Below are positions 22,046-31,644 of a DNA stretch of 64,000 nucleotides, in pieces (the stretch's first letter is position 1; each line of letters opens with the position of its first letter). The stretch is from Promethearchaeota archaeon. Lineage in GTDB: Archaea > Asgardarchaeota > Lokiarchaeia > Sigyniarchaeales > SOKP01. A program made the translations under genes and the position numbers. Location of the stretch: positions 18,980-82,979 of the forward strand of contig JBHLOC010000023.1 of assembly GCA_048940925.1 (NCBI GenBank), given 5' to 3'. The notes beneath the pieces are model-generated. The model had not been told where the DNA came from. It ran no database searches and saw nothing but the letters and a program-made list of their open reading frames with translations.

Positions 22046-23296
22046 ATGAATAATCAAAAAATCTATGCACCATTTCAGGAAAAAATTAAAAATCAAAGTA
22101 AGGAAATAAAGTCTAAAGTAATTTTTTCATTTGAGAATATATCCCAAAGAGATGCTTTTATCTCAAAAAATAAAAAATTAGAGACATTATTTAAATTTAA
22201 CATTATACCGTCAGTTTGTATGAGTTTAAGTAATGATGAAATACGTAAATTTGAAAAAAGTAAAAGCATAAAAAGAATTGAAGAGGATCAAAAACTCCGA
22301 CTTTCAATATTTAATGTATCTAAAATACTGGGATTAGATGAATTTAAAGCATCGGAGTTTTCATATACAGGAAAAAATATTAAAATTGGTATAATTGATA
22401 CTGGAATTACAGGATATTTCCCTTCAGTAACTAATATTGTTTCCAGACATTATAACCTGAATAAAGAAATAAGACCTAAAAAGGAAATTTCACATGGCAC
22501 CATTATGGCAAGTTTAATAGGAAATCAATTTAAAGATTCAGAAGGACATTTCATAGGAATTGCTCCAGATGCGAAAATTTTAGATTTCAACATTTCAAAT
22601 TCAGAACAACAATATTACTTTTCTGATGTTTTAAGGGTATTTGATTTAATTATTGAGAAAAATATTAAAGTTGATGTCCTTTTAGTATCTTTGACAACTA
22701 TCACTCCTTCAGATGGGAAGGATATCCTATCTTTAGCATGCAATTTATTAATAGAAAAAGGTATCATAATAGTTTGCCCTGCTGGTAATAATGGTCCACA
22801 ATATTACACAATTGGGAGCCCTGGTGCTGCTGAGAATGTCATTACCATAGGAGCTCTTACGGAAAAGGAAAAAATCTCTCATTTCAGTGGAAAAGGACCA
22901 AGTTTAGACGGAAGAATAAAACCAGATTTTTGCTTACCAGGATCAGAGATTAAAATTCCTTTATCAAAAGAATTAACAATAAAAGTAACAGGGACAAGCG
23001 TAGCTGCAGCTTTATGTGTAGGTATAATTTCTCTTATTAAAGAATATAATCTAAACATTTCTCTTTATGAAATAAAAGAATTACTTGTAAGGACAAGTAT
23101 AAATCTTAATCAAAATATATACTCTCAAGGATTTGGACTTCTAAACGCTGTCAATATCTTTAAAAGTTTGAATGTATTCAATGAAAGAATAATTCCTTAT
23201 GGTTATTTGATTAAAAAATCCTTAGGGATTACAATTGAATTTATTATTATAGCAATTATTATATTCTTTATTTTTTACTTTTTTATGTTCATCTAA
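22046..23296 (+). CDS. Subtilisin-like (S8) serine protease with C-terminal TM
   Basis: Catalytic motifs IIDTG, SHGT, PAGNNG, GTSVA; hydrophobic C-terminus. Confidence 0.85.
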   Translation: MNNQKIYAPFQEKIKNQSKEIKSKVIFSFENISQRDAFISKNKKLETLFKFNIIPSVCMSLSNDEIRKFEKSKSIKRIEEDQKLRLSIFNVSKILGLDEFKASEFSYTGKNIKIGIIDTGITGYFPSVTNIVSRHYNLNKEIRPKKEISHGTIMASLIGNQFKDSEGHFIGIAPDAKILDFNISNSEQQYYFSDVLRVFDLIIEKNIKVDVLLVSLTTITPSDGKDILSLACNLLIEKGIIIVCPAGNNGPQYYTIGSPGAAENVITIGALTEKEKISHFSGKGPSLDGRIKPDFCLPGSEIKIPLSKELTIKVTGTSVAAALCVGIISLIKEYNLNISLYEIKELLVRTSINLNQNIYSQGFGLLNAVNIFKSLNVFNERIIPYGYLIKKSLGITIEFIIIAIIIFFIFYFFMFI

Positions 23297-23324
23297 ATTA
23301 TTTTTATGTAGAGAGGGAATACTA

Positions 23325-23837
23325 ATTTTTCCAATATTTCATTTGGCATTACCATTACTTATCACAGAGATTCCTCAAATTAAAAGATTCAGAATAAATA
23401 GATTTGCTTTAATAATTGGTTCCTTATTACCAGATATAATTGATAAACCTATACTCCTACTAGGTCTAGGAAATGGAAGATTTTTCTCCCATAATCTACT
23501 TTTCATTATTACAAGTTTTCTAATTGTATTCTTTTTATCGAAAAGAAATCTTGAGATTTCTATTCCATTTTTAGTAGGAACATCTATTCATCTTATTTTA
23601 GATCTTCCTTATGTTCCTTTATTTTATCCATTTATTTCTTATGAGTTTATAGTGGTTGAGGAACCTGTTTTATATTGGTTTAATACTCTCTTTACAAATC
23701 CAATTGTTCTTTCAACAGAAATCATCGGAATTGCCATTCTTATCTTTATATTGATACATAATAAATTGTATCATGTTGAGGATATTAAAAAATATTTAAA
23801 TGGAAGTTTACAGATAGCCTACAAAAACGAGGATTAA
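23325..23837 (+). CDS. Membrane metal-dependent hydrolase (YdjM-like); likely start at ATT 23325 rather than TTG 23343
   Basis: GSLLPDIIDKP, GRFFSHNL, HLILD; the N-terminal His (FPIFH) lies upstream of the ORF-track start, behind GAGAGGGA. Confidence 0.7.
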   Translation: MFPIFHLALPLLITEIPQIKRFRINRFALIIGSLLPDIIDKPILLLGLGNGRFFSHNLLFIITSFLIVFFLSKRNLEISIPFLVGTSIHLILDLPYVPLFYPFISYEFIVVEEPVLYWFNTLFTNPIVLSTEIIGIAILIFILIHNKLYHVEDIKKYLNGSLQIAYKNED

Positions 23838-23939
23838 AAATTTCTTATTGTCCTTTCCATTTTATTATATGAAATTATTAGTTTAATAATTCTAATATGA
23901 AATATTTAATACTTAACGTATTTATTTTTTATTTGAAAT

Positions 23940-24683
23940 ATGAACCATAATAAGATACTTCACATTACAATAGATCACAGAGAAAACAAGCTTAAAACTA
24001 TATTAGATAAGAAAAAGGATACAATAACTTATGAATCAAAGCAATTAGATGTAGCAGATATAATCATTACTAATGAAGTTGCTATTGAAAGAAAAGAAGG
24101 TTTCGATTTTATTTCTTCAATTATGGATAACCGATTATTTGATCAGTTATTTCGACTAAAAGAGATTTATGAAACTCCGATTTTAATATTAGAGGGACTA
24201 AATGATGAGGTATTCGAAAACACAGGAATGAAGATCTCATCAATTTATGGGGCTCTTTCCTTTATATCTTATAAATTAGGTATTGCTGTTATCCCTACTA
24301 GGAACATTGAAGATACTGCGATTGTAATAGAAAGGATTGCTAGTAGAGAACAAGGAGGTAAAGATAGTATGCCAATACTATCAAGAAAAGCGCCCAAAGA
24401 CATGTCTAAAAAAGAAAGACGCTCCTTTATTATAGAAGGATTGGAAGATATCGGTCCTAAGAAAGCTAAAACATTGATTGAGAGATATAAAACTCCTTAT
24501 CAAGTATTTAAGGCAATAAGACATACAGAGATTTTATATACTAAGACAGGAAATCCTAAGGGAATACAAGGTCCACTAGAGGTTCTTACTGGATTTGGAT
24601 GGAAATTTGTAGAAAAAAATCAAAAAATTCTCTTTGGGAAAAAGAAAAAAAGTCCTCAGAAAAAAATCAATGATCAATATTGA
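23940..24683 (+). CDS. ERCC4-domain (XPF/Mus81 family) structure-specific endonuclease, short form with HhH
   Basis: IDHRE, VADIII, IERK, PILILEG, EDIGPKKA HhH. Confidence 0.85.
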   Translation: MNHNKILHITIDHRENKLKTILDKKKDTITYESKQLDVADIIITNEVAIERKEGFDFISSIMDNRLFDQLFRLKEIYETPILILEGLNDEVFENTGMKISSIYGALSFISYKLGIAVIPTRNIEDTAIVIERIASREQGGKDSMPILSRKAPKDMSKKERRSFIIEGLEDIGPKKAKTLIERYKTPYQVFKAIRHTEILYTKTGNPKGIQGPLEVLTGFGWKFVEKNQKILFGKKKKSPQKKINDQY

Positions 24684-24775
24684 TTTTATATTTATTTTTC
24701 TCAATTATATGGGAGAATAATTTAAATTTAGTGCATTTTTAATCTCTATAATTTTACTAAAAAAGTTACCAAATA

Positions 24776-26170
24776 ATGAAAGAAAAAATCATCCAATTAG
24801 AAAAAATAATTCGTAACTATATGCGAAAATATAAAGTTCCAGGACTTGCTATTAGTATATTTCAAGAAGACCAGACTATTTATTCAAAAGGATTTGGAGC
24901 TCGTGATCTCGAGAAATTTCTCCCAATGACTCCTCATACTCTTATTGGGATTGGGAGCATAACCAAATCTTTAACAGCATTCGGTATTATGAAACTTGTA
25001 GAAAGGGGTCTGCTATCTCTAGAAGATTCTGTGTCGAAATATCTAAATTTTGCTCCTTTCATCAATCATCCTGATATCCAGATACAACATATTTTATCAC
25101 ATTCAAGTGGAGTTCCTGCAGCTGATGGAGGACTTGCTTCATTGTTTTATACTTTTGGAGATTATAAAAAAATATATCCCGCTACAAATCGTGATGATTT
25201 TATTGCCCATCTTGGTGAACCTGAAGAGTTCATTATTTTCAAACCAGGAGAAAAATTTTATTACAATAATGATATGTTCACATGTTTAGGTTTTATAATA
25301 GAGAAATTATCAGGAATTTCATATTCTGAATTTATTCGGAAAGAGATCCTCGATCCACTCGAAATGAAGCGTGCTGTGTTTTCAAAAGAAGATTTTGAGA
25401 AAGATCCCTTGAATGACATAATGACAGGATACATACCTAAGAAGGAAGATGATAAAATGGTACCCGATAAGAAACCTGTTCCACTTTATGAATATCTAAA
25501 TGCACCTGGAGGATTATATGTGTCAATGGAAGAAATGGCGCACTATGCTCAATGTTTACTTCAGAAGGGAAATTACAAGGGTGACAAATTGCTTTCTACA
25601 CAATTATTTGAAGAATTATGGAATCCAAGAATTACAAGTCCTTACGGATATGGAAAAGATCCAAAGTATTGTCTGGGATGGGTTTACGAGGATAATTATT
25701 ATCCTAATACTTATTTTCATCATGGAGGAGGATTAGGAACCAGTTGCGCAAGTTTCGGTCTTATCCCAGAAAAAAAATTAGGTGTTTCGGTCGGACAAAA
25801 TTCTTGTACAGGATTAGTTTCCTCAATTGAACGAGCTGCTTTATCTCTGTTGCTTGATTTAGATCCAATGAATCATGTTGAAGAACTCAAAATAGGTCAA
25901 ATATTAGATGATATCAGTGGAGTTTATAAATCATCTCTTGATCTATATGAATTAAAAATATATCTTAAAGGACCTATACTTTTTGCTGATATTGAAGTTG
26001 ATGATGGGTTTATGAGCTTTCCTCTAATTCCAAAACAACTGAAAGACCTTTCTTTTACTATCTGTAGTACTTTACCTATGATGAGAGAAGGTATTCGATT
26101 CATTAAGGATAAGACAACAAAACAAGTGCAATTTGCTACATACGATAGATATCTTTATCGTAAAGCTTAA
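24776..26170 (+). CDS. Serine hydrolase, beta-lactamase/S12 peptidase family
   Basis: GSITKS (SxxK), ILSHSSG, YYNN (YxN), APGGL, HGGG. Confidence 0.88.
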   Translation: MKEKIIQLEKIIRNYMRKYKVPGLAISIFQEDQTIYSKGFGARDLEKFLPMTPHTLIGIGSITKSLTAFGIMKLVERGLLSLEDSVSKYLNFAPFINHPDIQIQHILSHSSGVPAADGGLASLFYTFGDYKKIYPATNRDDFIAHLGEPEEFIIFKPGEKFYYNNDMFTCLGFIIEKLSGISYSEFIRKEILDPLEMKRAVFSKEDFEKDPLNDIMTGYIPKKEDDKMVPDKKPVPLYEYLNAPGGLYVSMEEMAHYAQCLLQKGNYKGDKLLSTQLFEELWNPRITSPYGYGKDPKYCLGWVYEDNYYPNTYFHHGGGLGTSCASFGLIPEKKLGVSVGQNSCTGLVSSIERAALSLLLDLDPMNHVEELKIGQILDDISGVYKSSLDLYELKIYLKGPILFADIEVDDGFMSFPLIPKQLKDLSFTICSTLPMMREGIRFIKDKTTKQVQFATYDRYLYRKA

Positions 26171-26538
26171 ATCAGTTTTTTAATTAAAATTTTTCTTAAA
26201 AAAATTAGATTCAAATATCAACTTTTCTATATATGCTAAAGATTGCAATAATATATATAAATCTCTAGGTAACTTTACTTGTTTTAACCAATTTTACTGA
26301 ATATCGGATTTCTTAGACAAAGATTATTCTTCCGATTCTTATAATTTGGAATTCCTGCTACAATTCGTAATATGTTCATTTTAAATTATATTAATTAATT
26401 TGAGTTCATATAAACTCAGTAAGTTATAATTACTTGATTTAGTAATGATAAAAACCAAAAATCAATCCAGACTTAAAAAGTATTAAATACTTCATTCTCA
26501 TCTCTTTAATTAACAAAAAATATAAGGTAAGATATACA

Positions 26539-28446
26539 ATGATGTCAAAAAGAGAAAGGTTAATAACCTTATTAATAATTGGGCTTTTAATTCCGTCATT
26601 GATAAATAAAAACATTAATTTCAAGGATAATCATAATATTATAAAAACTGAAATAAAAAGCTCAGGAGAATATACTGAATCATTCATTCATATTGATGGA
26701 AGCATGCCTGGTAATTGGACAGCTACAACGAGTTATGATTGGTGTAGCGGTGATGGGTCATGGAGTAATCCTTATGTCATTGAAAATGTAACTATTGATG
26801 CAAGCAATTCCCCTACTGAATATGGAATATTTATCGAAAAATCAAATGTCTTCTTCATAATTCAGAACTGCCATGTTTATAATTCTGTTAATTATGGAAT
26901 CTTATTGGTCGAGGTGAATAATTCTAGATTAATTAATAATAATTGTTCTAATAATGATTATGGTGGAATAAGCGTACAAACTGAATGCTCAAATAATACT
27001 ATTCAGGAAAATATTGCAAACGAAAATGGACAATATGGGATATATTTCTATGAAGAATGTATCAATAATACTGTCTCAAGAAATATAGTAAAATATAATG
27101 TTGATACAGGGATTTCGCTACATTGGTATATTAATAATTCTATTATTAATGAAAATATCGTAAACAATAACGGCATTCATGGGATAGAAGTGATTGATTG
27201 GTGTGGATTTAATACAATTTCGAACAACATTGTAAAAGATAACGAAGAAGATGGGATAGATTTTCAATATAATTGCAAAAATAACACTGTTTCAGACAAT
27301 ATCATAAACAATAATGATTTATATGGAATATATGTATACTCATACTGTGATGACAATATTCTCTTGGAAAATACTCTAACGAATAACTCTGAAGGGTTAA
27401 GATTAGATTCTGATTGTGATTATAATATTATAACAGGAAATACTATAAGCGATAATATACAATATGGAATATATTCATTTGGTGGGGTAGAGGATTCCTA
27501 TAATGATTATAATAAAATTAACGATAATGTTTTATTTAAGAATAATATTGGAATACATCTTAATCCCACTTCAAATAACAGCACACTTTCTAATAACTTC
27601 TTTGTGAGAAACTTAAAACATGCGACTGATGATGGAACTGATAACAAGTGGAATTGTACTACAATAGGCAATTATTGGGATAATCATACAAGTCCAGATG
27701 CTAATAATGATGGAATAGTAGATGAAATATATACATATATAGGTGGTTCTATGGGAAGTATAGATTATTTGCCTATAGCTGAAGACGGTGAACCACAGAT
27801 CATTATTAATTCTCCATCTGAGGGAGATGCATTTAGGTTAGTTGCTCCTAACTATAATGTGACAATAACTGATGATTATTTAGATACTATGTGGTACACT
27901 CTAGACGGAGGTTTACATAACTTCACTTTTACAGATAATGGCAAAATTAATCAATCTGCATGGGAGGGGATAGATGATGACAATATTACATTAAGTTTTT
28001 ATGCAAGAGATATACCAAGAAATATTGGTTATGCTGAGGTTAATATCATAAAAGACACTACAGCTCCAATCATCATTATCAATTCACCTGAGGAAGGAGA
28101 TAAATTTGGTAAAAATTCACCATTATTCAACATAACTGTTTTAGATGATAACATAGAATTGGTATGGTATTCTTTTGATGAGGGCTTGACTAATTATGAT
28201 ATTACTAATAATATTTTCTCTAATCAAACAGCATGGTCAGAATTGGATGAGGGAGAGATAACTGTTATGTTCTATGCCAGAGATATTGTAGGAAATGAAG
28301 TAACTGAGAGTGTGACAATCTTTAAAAGCATTCCGAGTGGATTAGAACCAGGTATCATAGCAATTATTGTAGTTATTTCCATAATAGGGGGCATTGCGTT
28401 AATAGGTGCTGTCTATATTCTTATGAAAAAAAGAGGAACAACATAA
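26539..28446 (+). CDS. Surface protein with NosD/CASH right-handed beta-helix repeats, two Ig-like domains and C-terminal TM
   Basis: N-terminal signal, PYVIEN, repeated NNT(I/V)xxNxxxxNxxGI, GNYWDN, DANNDGIVD, PxIIINSP repeats, TM plus KKR tail. Confidence 0.85.
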   Translation: MMSKRERLITLLIIGLLIPSLINKNINFKDNHNIIKTEIKSSGEYTESFIHIDGSMPGNWTATTSYDWCSGDGSWSNPYVIENVTIDASNSPTEYGIFIEKSNVFFIIQNCHVYNSVNYGILLVEVNNSRLINNNCSNNDYGGISVQTECSNNTIQENIANENGQYGIYFYEECINNTVSRNIVKYNVDTGISLHWYINNSIINENIVNNNGIHGIEVIDWCGFNTISNNIVKDNEEDGIDFQYNCKNNTVSDNIINNNDLYGIYVYSYCDDNILLENTLTNNSEGLRLDSDCDYNIITGNTISDNIQYGIYSFGGVEDSYNDYNKINDNVLFKNNIGIHLNPTSNNSTLSNNFFVRNLKHATDDGTDNKWNCTTIGNYWDNHTSPDANNDGIVDEIYTYIGGSMGSIDYLPIAEDGEPQIIINSPSEGDAFRLVAPNYNVTITDDYLDTMWYTLDGGLHNFTFTDNGKINQSAWEGIDDDNITLSFYARDIPRNIGYAEVNIIKDTTAPIIIINSPEEGDKFGKNSPLFNITVLDDNIELVWYSFDEGLTNYDITNNIFSNQTAWSELDEGEITVMFYARDIVGNEVTESVTIFKSIPSGLEPGIIAIIVVISIIGGIALIGAVYILMKKRGTT

Positions 28447-28595
28447 TAATCCTTACTTAAATAGTTTCTTCTTATTTTTTTCTATTTTCTTGAGATTTAT
28501 CTTAACATTAGTTAAAACCTCTAATTTCAGAGTGAATATTACTAAATAGTAGTACTAAAATTATTTAAAAAAAATTTAAAAGAAAAAGAAAAAAA

Positions 28596-29855
28596 TTATA
28601 AAAGTCTTACATATCTCTGAATTTGTCCTTGAATTAAAAGTAATTGTATATTGCGTGCCCCACCTATAACTTCTTCAATTTTACTCACATCTACTAATTC
28701 ATCAACAGGAGTATTATCTGTAACTGATACCCCCCCCATATGCTGTTGTACTTCATAACAGATCTCATGAGTAAGCTTAGCAACATAATATTTGCCTTGT
28801 GAAGAAATAGCAGCAACCCACTTTTCTGCCTCTTTTGAAGGTTCTTCTGTAAACAGAATTTTTTCATCATAAACCTGAGCTGCTTGGAGAGCTAATGCTG
28901 TTGCAGCATTAGATTTTGTTATTAAGTCTGCTAAGCCGTAGCCCACCCCTTGATATCTAATAACTGGTTTTCCAAATTGTTTTCTCAAATTGGTATAGAT
29001 AATACCATATATTACCCCTGCCCAACAGATCCCTATACCACTGCCCATTATTGAGAGTCTCTCAGGAACCAACCCTTCAAATAATCTTTTATATCCAAGC
29101 CCATCATCAGCAAGTATATAATCTTTAGGTACTTTTACGTTGTCTAGAATAGTGTGTGCTATATGAACGCGAGGTACTGAAGTAATCTTTAGTCGTTCAG
29201 TTTTTACACCGAATTCTCGGGCAATGATTGCCTGCACCATAGTATCACGTGGATTCGATTCATCATAGACACCATAACAACAAAAATAATCGGCGCTTGG
29301 ACCATTTGTAGTATATACTTTTTCGCCGTTATATATAACACCATCATCTGTTTTAGTGCATACGGTGGTTAAATTAACTGCGTCTGAACCTCTTTCAGGT
29401 TCAGTGATACCTATACATCCTATTTTTTGTCCGGATAATAATTCATCTTGGACTTTGAGTGCAGTATCATATTCCCCTCCATATTGGTAATAGTGAAAGG
29501 TAGGATTGCCACATAATATTCCACTTGCTAAACGTGCCAATTCTAACTGTGGATCGAGCATTGAGATATGGGCACCTAATAATATTTCTTTTTTCATTCC
29601 AACCGGTTTGAAGTCTCTCCATGGATTGATTCGCTGGATATATCCTTCCTTTCCAAGTTCAGGGAGCAAATAATACACATCTCTCGATTTGTCGATTTTA
29701 GGGTGCAAATCTAAGCAAAATTCTTGAAGTTTGTGGCAATATTCTCGTTCTTCTTCATTTAACATCGGAAAAACATTATCATTGAAGATTTTAAACACAT
29801 TTTCTAATGACATCTTCTCAAGGATTTGGTCATTAATAATTTTCTCTTGAAACAT
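28596..29855 (-). CDS. Acyl-CoA dehydrogenase
   Basis: CIGITEPERGSD, NGEKVYTTNG, RKQFGKPV, QQHMGG, IGGARNIQ. Confidence 0.92.
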   Translation of the reverse strand: MFQEKIINDQILEKMSLENVFKIFNDNVFPMLNEEEREYCHKLQEFCLDLHPKIDKSRDVYYLLPELGKEGYIQRINPWRDFKPVGMKKEILLGAHISMLDPQLELARLASGILCGNPTFHYYQYGGEYDTALKVQDELLSGQKIGCIGITEPERGSDAVNLTTVCTKTDDGVIYNGEKVYTTNGPSADYFCCYGVYDESNPRDTMVQAIIAREFGVKTERLKITSVPRVHIAHTILDNVKVPKDYILADDGLGYKRLFEGLVPERLSIMGSGIGICWAGVIYGIIYTNLRKQFGKPVIRYQGVGYGLADLITKSNAATALALQAAQVYDEKILFTEEPSKEAEKWVAAISSQGKYYVAKLTHEICYEVQQHMGGVSVTDNTPVDELVDVSKIEEVIGGARNIQLLLIQGQIQRYVRLL

Positions 29856-30033
29856 TTTTTGTCAACTCAAACTTTTTTGTTTATAATTTGAAAGAATTTT
29901 TATTAATTAGTCTAAATTATTTATTCCAATTAAATCTTTAAGATTAAAAGCGGATTAGCTCTGAGGATTTAACGACTAAAGTAAATAAAATAAGTTTTGA
30001 ATTATTACAAAAAAATAATAATTATTAAAAAAA

Positions 30034-30798
30034 TTAATTTTGAGTAGTTACAGTTTCTATAATTTTTCCATCTCGCATCTTCATAATTCTTTCAGCAAGA
30101 GCACCAACCATAGGATCGTGAGTTACCATTAATATTGTTTGATTAAGCTCTCGATTAAGTTCTCGTAATAGCTTAACAATCTCCATACCCATTATTGTGT
30201 CTAATTCGCCGGTTGGCTCATCAGCAATTAAGATAGAAGGTTCATTACATAGTGCACGTGCGATAGCAACTCTTTGTTGCTCTCCGCCTGAGAGTTCTGA
30301 AGGTAGATGATCTTTCTTCTCTATTAAACCTACAAGTTCTAGAAATTTATTAACATTTCCTTCTATTTCCTCTTTAGGCCTACCCGCAAAAAGCATTGGA
30401 AGTTCAGCATTTTCATAAGCTGAAAGTACTGGTACAAGATTATAAAACTGAAAAATGAATCCTATTTCTTTAAGTCTTAAATTTGTACGTTGTGTATCAT
30501 CCATATGAGCTATATTTGTTCTATCTATGTAGACAGCACCAGTTGTAGGATTATCGAGAGCCCCTATCATGTTTAAAAGGGTTGTTTTTCCCGAACCTGA
30601 TGGTCCCATAACTGAAACAAATTCCCCTTTCTTGATATCTATATTGACTCCATCTAGGGCTCTAATTTCAATCCCTTCAGTAATATTATAAATTTTAGTC
30701 AAATCAAATGTTTGGATCATAGCATTAGGATCTAATTCATAGTCTTTTTCTTCAAGAGATATTAACTTTTTTTTTTTACTCTTTTTGGTGTTTCTCAT
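30034..30798 (-). CDS. ABC transporter ATP-binding protein (LolD/MacB type); likely start ATG 30798
   Basis: GPSGSGKTT, LSGGEQQRVAIARAL, ADEPTGELD; GGAGGA precedes ATG 30798, which avoids overlap with the upstream gene. Confidence 0.92.
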   Translation of the reverse strand: MRNTKKSKKKKLISLEEKDYELDPNAMIQTFDLTKIYNITEGIEIRALDGVNIDIKKGEFVSVMGPSGSGKTTLLNMIGALDNPTTGAVYIDRTNIAHMDDTQRTNLRLKEIGFIFQFYNLVPVLSAYENAELPMLFAGRPKEEIEGNVNKFLELVGLIEKKDHLPSELSGGEQQRVAIARALCNEPSILIADEPTGELDTIMGMEIVKLLRELNRELNQTILMVTHDPMVGALAERIMKMRDGKIIETVTTQN

Positions 30799-30814
30799 CT
30801 TTTTTTCCTCCGAT

Positions 30815-31627
30815 TTAACTATTATAGATTTCTTCAATTGGTTTTCCACCCTTTTTTTCACCAACAAATTCTCCATCTGTGAGAGTTATAATCCTATCAG
30901 CTACCTCAGCTATTCTTCTATTATGCGTAACCATTAAAATTGACTCTCCAGCATTTTTTAAGTCAAGGAAAATTTTCATAATACTGGTAGTAGTCTCTGT
31001 ATCAAGTTCACCTGTAGGTTCATCAGCAAGAATAATAAGAGGGTCATTAACTAAAGCTCTTGCTATCGTGACTCTCTGTTGTTCTCCTCCTGACATCTGC
31101 GTAGGTAGATGTTCCATTCGTTCATCAAGCCCAATTCTTTTTAAAAGATTTTTAACTTTTTCTTCTCTTAGTTTAGGATCCTTTTTATCTAACACCATTG
31201 GAAGCTCTACGTTCTCGTAAGCAGTGAGAATTGGAAAAAGATTATAAAATTGAAAAATTAATCCTATTTTTCTCAATCTCATTTTTTTATGTTGTTTGTT
31301 GGTCATTTTTGTGACATCAAGCCCCATTCCCTTAGCATCAACATTATATATGATCTTGCCTGAGTCTGGAAAATCAAGAGCACCTAGACAATTTATTAAA
31401 GTGGTTTTTCCTGAACCAGATGGCCCTACAATTGCGATAAATTCACCTTTTCTTACCGTTAGATTAACATTTTTAAGTGCTGTAATTGTGGAATTACCTA
31501 CAGTGTAAGTTTTGATAAGATCATGGACATCTAGAACTATATCGGGATCTATCCTAATTGCTCTTGCTGTAGACCTTTGTTCTTTATTCATCCTTATTTT
31601 TTTCTTTTTAGTTGAAATTTTTACCAC
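30815..31627 (-). CDS. ABC transporter ATP-binding protein (LolD/MacB type)
   Basis: GPSGSGKTT, MSGGEQQRVTIARAL, ADEPTGELD, VTHN. Confidence 0.92.
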   Translation of the reverse strand: MVKISTKKKKIRMNKEQRSTARAIRIDPDIVLDVHDLIKTYTVGNSTITALKNVNLTVRKGEFIAIVGPSGSGKTTLINCLGALDFPDSGKIIYNVDAKGMGLDVTKMTNKQHKKMRLRKIGLIFQFYNLFPILTAYENVELPMVLDKKDPKLREEKVKNLLKRIGLDERMEHLPTQMSGGEQQRVTIARALVNDPLIILADEPTGELDTETTTSIMKIFLDLKNAGESILMVTHNRRIAEVADRIITLTDGEFVGEKKGGKPIEEIYNS

Positions 31628-31644
31628 CTTTTTTAAATTCTATA

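Noticed and set aside
10780-29980. Shared 12-mer TTAA(T/C)GACTAAA upstream of two beta-oxidation genes (10780-10791 and 29969-29980)
   Set aside because: An 11/12 match in very AT-rich intergenic DNA is expected by chance, and no copy was seen before the acyl-CoA ligase.
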